Assembly: GCA_963768425.1 (NCBI GenBank)
Contig: CAVYHV010000006.1
Location: 1 to 64,000 of the forward strand
Direction of reading: 5' to 3'
Length of the DNA stretch: 64,000 nt
From: Candidatus Bathyarchaeota archaeon
Lineage (GTDB): Archaea; Thermoproteota; Bathyarchaeia; Bathyarchaeales; Bathycorpusculaceae
Shown: positions 60,032-64,000 of the stretch, one piece after another
Position numbering within the stretch: position 1 is the first letter of the stretch
Layout of the letters: each line of letters starts with the position of its first letter
The notes under the pieces: model-generated
What the model was told of the DNA's origin: nothing
The model's input: the letters and a program-made list of their open reading frames with translations, nothing else
The model's database searches: none
Made by a program: the position numbers and the translations under genes

Positions 60032-62012
60032 TTAGAACCTTTTTGCTATAAACCCCGCATTTTCTGGGCTACTTTCATTTTCTATCTTTCTTGCTAACGC
60101 CAAATTCAGCTGGGAAATGGTGTCACGCAGTTCAATAGCTTTCTCGAAATCAAGTTTTTCAGCGGCTTCCCTCATTTTCGCGTCTAATTCGATTATTTGA
60201 CGTTGAATGTCTGACTTGGGAAGGTGCTTTGTGCCCTTGATTGTGCTTTCCTTATGGGAAACGCTCTTAATGATCGTGGTGGGTGTGATGTTGTGGATTT
60301 GGTTGTAGCGTTTCTGGAATGCGCGGCGGTAATTGGTAATTTTCAAAGCTCTTTTAATCGAGTTTGTTTCGACGTCTGCGTACAGGATTACTCTGCCGTT
60401 CACGTTTCTTGCAGCTCGTCCAATGGTTTGGATAAGGCTGCGTTCATCTCGCAGGAACCCTTCTTTATCAGCGTCCAAAATGAAGATGGTTGCCACTTCT
60501 GGGATATCTAAGCCTTCCCGCAGCAGGTTGATTCCAACCAAAATGTCAAAATCGCCAACGCGAAGCTGCCGCACAAGCTCTATGCGGTCTAAGCTGTCGA
60601 TGTCGGAGTGCATGTAGCGTACGCGAAAGCCCTCTTTGACAAGGTAATCAGCCAAGTCTTCGGCCATCCGTTTGGTGAGGGTTGTGATTAGGATTCGGTC
60701 GCCGCGCTCTATGGTTTTCTTTGCTTCAGCCATCAGATGCTGCATCTGACCCGCGATGGGGTGAACTTCCACTTCTGGGTCAAGAAGCCCTGTTGGTCGA
60801 GTGATTAATTCGACGGGTTTGCCGCTTTTTTCCAATTCGTACTCGGCTGGGGTTGCTGAGACGAAGAGGACTTTACCCATTTTTCCTTCGAACTCGTCAA
60901 ACTTTAGTGGTCTATTGTCTAGGGCGCTGGGTAGTCGGAAGCCGAAGTCGACGAGGTTCTTTTTTCTTGCGTAGTCGCCATTGTACATGGCTCGGGACTG
61001 CGGGATTGTTTGGTGGCTTTCGTCGATTATTAGCAGATAGTCTTTTGGGAAATAATCCATCAAGGTGAAAGGCGGTTCGCCTGGTTTGCGTCCGTCGAAG
61101 TGTCGGCTGTAGTTTTCCATTCCTGCGCAGAACCCGATTTCCCGAATCATCTCCAAATCGTAGTTTGTGCGTTGCTTAAGCCTCTGAGCCTCCAGCGGCG
61201 GCAGGTCGGGAAGCCTCTTCTCCAGTTCCTGCTTGATGTGTCTCAAGTGCAAGTGCATGTTTCTCTTCGGGAACAACGTATTGGCGGGCAGGGTAAAGCG
61301 TCAATCTGTCTACTGCAACTTTGACGTCGCCTGTTATATGGTGGACTTCTTTGAGTTTCGCGATTTTGTTTCCGTCCAATTCAATCCGCAAAATATCGTT
61401 CTCGTAAGACGGCACAATATCGATGGTGTTGCCTCTCACGCGGAATCTTCCGGGCTCAAGAACCATATCGTTGCGTTCATATTGCATTTCAACCAGCTCG
61501 CGGATAAGGTCTTGCCTTGCGATTTGTTTCCCAACCGCCAGATCCAGTGCCATGGTTCGGAAGTCCTCTGGGTTTCCAAGGCTGTAAATGCAGCTAATGC
61601 TAGCGACAATTATGGTGTCGTTTCGGCTTACCAGGCTGGAGACGGCGTGCATACGCATCTTCTCGATTTCTTCGTTCACGTCGGAGTCTTTTTCAATGTA
61701 CATGTCCTGAGCTGGCAAATACGATTCAGGCTGGTAAAAATCGTAAAACGAAATGAAGAATTCAACTCGGTTGTGGGGGAAAAGCTCTCGTAGTTCACCG
61801 TAAAGCTGCGCAGCCAAAATCTTGTTGTGCGCAATGATTAGTGTTGGCTTTTGCAGGCGGTTGATTACGTTTGCCATGATGAAGGTTTTGCCGCTGCCTG
61901 TGATGCCGAGAAGGGTTTGTTTCTCTTTTTTGGCGAAGTTGGCGGCTAGCTTTTCGACGGCTTCAGCCTGTCCAGGCGACATTTTGTATGGTGCGATAAG
62001 TTCAAACTGCAC
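60032..62012 (-). CDS. uvrB: Excinuclease ABC subunit B (frameshift near 61255)
   Basis: Motifs [38 protein letters not shown]. Confidence 0.96.
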
Positions 62013-62269
62013 TTTAGCTTCTCCAACACCCTTCTAAGAAATGACCCAACCGTTTGAACTAATAAGGTTTTTTCTATGAGAGTGCAACGTTGTACATGAC
62101 ACGTGTCATGAAAGCTTAGAGAGAGGTTTGCTAGCACGAAACACTTATTGTTTAAGTGGAATTCCGTTAACTCCCAAAAGAACAACTGTTCTAAGAATAA
62201 TTTAATCAAACTCACATTGGCAGCCATCACAGAAAAATGCGACAGAATAGCTGCGTTAAGTGAGTTACT

Positions 62270-62564
62270 TTATGAGACTTTTAGTGTGCCGAATTTGCCG
62301 ACGTTAAGTTGGTTTTCGCCTTTGAAGCTGGTTATGTAGCCGTTGTCGATTTTTATGTTGTCGCCGACGTTAACCATGTCAATCTGCTCGTTCCACAGCG
62401 TCAGTTTGATGCTGCCTGTTTCGTCTGCAACCACTGCGTCAACGATGCGGTACGTTTCGTCTTTAAAGCGGGATTTGACTTCGCGTCGGGTCGCCTTTTT
62501 CAACAACTTTTGCTTCAACACTTACCCGTTTCATCCCATCCTGCAAATCTTTAATTGCCGTCAA
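62270..62564 (-). CDS. ssb: Single-OB-fold single-stranded DNA-binding protein (frameshifted)
   Basis: IKDLQDGMKRVSVEAKV...VADETGSIKLTLW...LNVGKFG. Confidence 0.88.
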
Positions 62565-62713
62565 CTTAATTCACCTAAACTATGTTCCTCGCTAAAGGGT
62601 TTTCAATTGCAAAGGTGAATTTCAATCATATAAATCTTGCTTAAAGAATAACCTGACTGCGTAAGCTGCAGGGAAAAAAGCAAAAAGCCCGAAAAAAGAG
62701 GGTTAGGCGATGT

Positions 62714-63964
62714 TTAGACGAGTCCTACGAGCAGAAGCGACAGAAAGACGGTGACGGCTACGGCGACAGCGGCGATTGTGATTCTTTTTGTCATCGAGAA
62801 CTCTGGTTTTAGTGATCCAACTATTATTGTGGATAAGGCGCCAAGCCAGACGTAGGAGACGATGAACATTATGAAAACTACGGTTCCGAAGCCTGCGGTG
62901 GCGGCGTTGATGCTGTTGAGGATGGTTTGCGACTGGGTTGTTAGGCTGCTTGCTGCTCCAGCGTAGGTTGTGGCTCCGAAGAAGTTGAAGCGCACTCCAA
63001 GTGTTATGTCGTAGGGGTAGTAGAGCGTGGGCAATGTGGCTGCGGCAAGAATGTTAATCAATGCTCTGATAGTCCATCACAAACAACGCGAAGCCTGTGG
63101 CGACGAAGAGGGGTTTCCAAACATGAGCTGGTTTTCAAGCCGTAAAAGAACAGGTAGATTATCCCTGTTAAGACGAACCAGATTAAGATGAATTCGAAAC
63201 CATACGAAGACAGAAACTGCTCAACAAGACCCAGGCTGTCGGTTTGCACAGGCGTACTGGTATTGTCCTCGGAAGAATAAGGCGCCGATTCGGATGGTTA
63301 TGTTTGAGTTAGCTGGATAGGTTAGGCTTAGTTGTAAAGCCGTAATGTTGCCCCATGAGGGAGTGCCGGTGGGTGTCCAACCTGACGCTTTTGGTCCAAG
63401 CGGGATGGTTAAGTTGTTCCAGACGTTAACTGTCGCCGTGTTTAAGGATGATGTTAAGTCATAAGTGTAGAAGCTTGTGTCGTTAAGTGAATACAAAGTT
63501 AAAGAGGCACTTTGAGGCATCGAGGAAGGTGCCACCTGCTTCATAGTTATAGACAGGTTTTGAAATCCCGACGGGGCATGCAGTCGACGTTAAATACGTT
63601 GCTTAACGCCGCCGTTATGTTATTTGTGTGGGTAGCATCCATTTCTAAGCTGCTGTTTCCAAACAGGCTGTAGTTGGTGTCGAGGGCAGCAACGAAGATG
63701 CTGTAGTTGAATGGGTCAGCGAAATTGTCGCTTAAAGCGCACGTTTGAGCTGCTCCCACGACGTTGAGTTAATGAAATCCTGTTGCTGAGCCAACCTGAG
63801 GCATCAGTGTTCTCTGTGTAAATCTTTGAGAACTGGACAAACTCGAAGCCCATGGCTAAGCCGACGAAAAGGATCAGAACCAGAAGTGCGCCTAGATATT
63901 TTGGGTTTTCAATAATTTTCTTGAAGGCTTTTGCAGGTGCGTAAATTACTTGCTGCGAGGTCAT
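62714..63964 (-). CDS. Membrane protein with Yip1-like TM segments and an extracellular beta domain (multiple frameshifts)
   Basis: ORFs 63716, 63547, 63221, 63058 and 62714 are consecutive pieces; N-terminal P..AF..I.ENP followed by a TM helix. Confidence 0.6.
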
Positions 63965-64000
63965 TTAGAATCAATCTCTTGGCTCCTCGCTACTTGTGTT

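Overview
This is an archaeal chromosomal window, most likely Bathyarchaeia (inferred from egsA, SepRS/SepCysS, archaeal SRP RNA, an intron-containing tRNA, large PQQ-like beta-propeller surface proteins, DUF5752 and uvrABC). Many essential genes carry single-base frameshifts, so the sequence looks like an unpolished long-read consensus, and split ORFs are merged below. The core content is tRNA-Ser/Arg/Thr/Cys x2/Lys, SRP RNA, an FKBP PPIase, egsA, an 18-kb Cys/Met/sulfur cluster (sepS, SepCysS, cysS, metW-metX-metY, ThiI-like, two HTH regulators, cysK-cysE), valS, trpEGDCBA, cutA, trmO, GDPD, DUF362, uvrBAC and ssb. Four structures stand out. (1) Downstream of tRNA-Ser(GGA) is a tandem array of four integrase-free cargo segments (VapBC + YVTN protein; amidohydrolase + PAS kinase; katG; Fe-S flavoprotein), each bounded by a copy of the tRNA 3' end plus a conserved non-tRNA arm, resembling an integron-like cassette array. 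(2) Similar islets sit at tRNA-Arg and tRNA-Cys, the latter with a tyrosine-integrase remnant. (3) A palindromic operator ATAAC-N3-GTTAT recurs six times in front of the sulfur genes, including in front of a Cys-rich HTH regulator. (4) Both Cys-tRNA synthesis routes co-occur with a second, structurally atypical tRNA-Cys.
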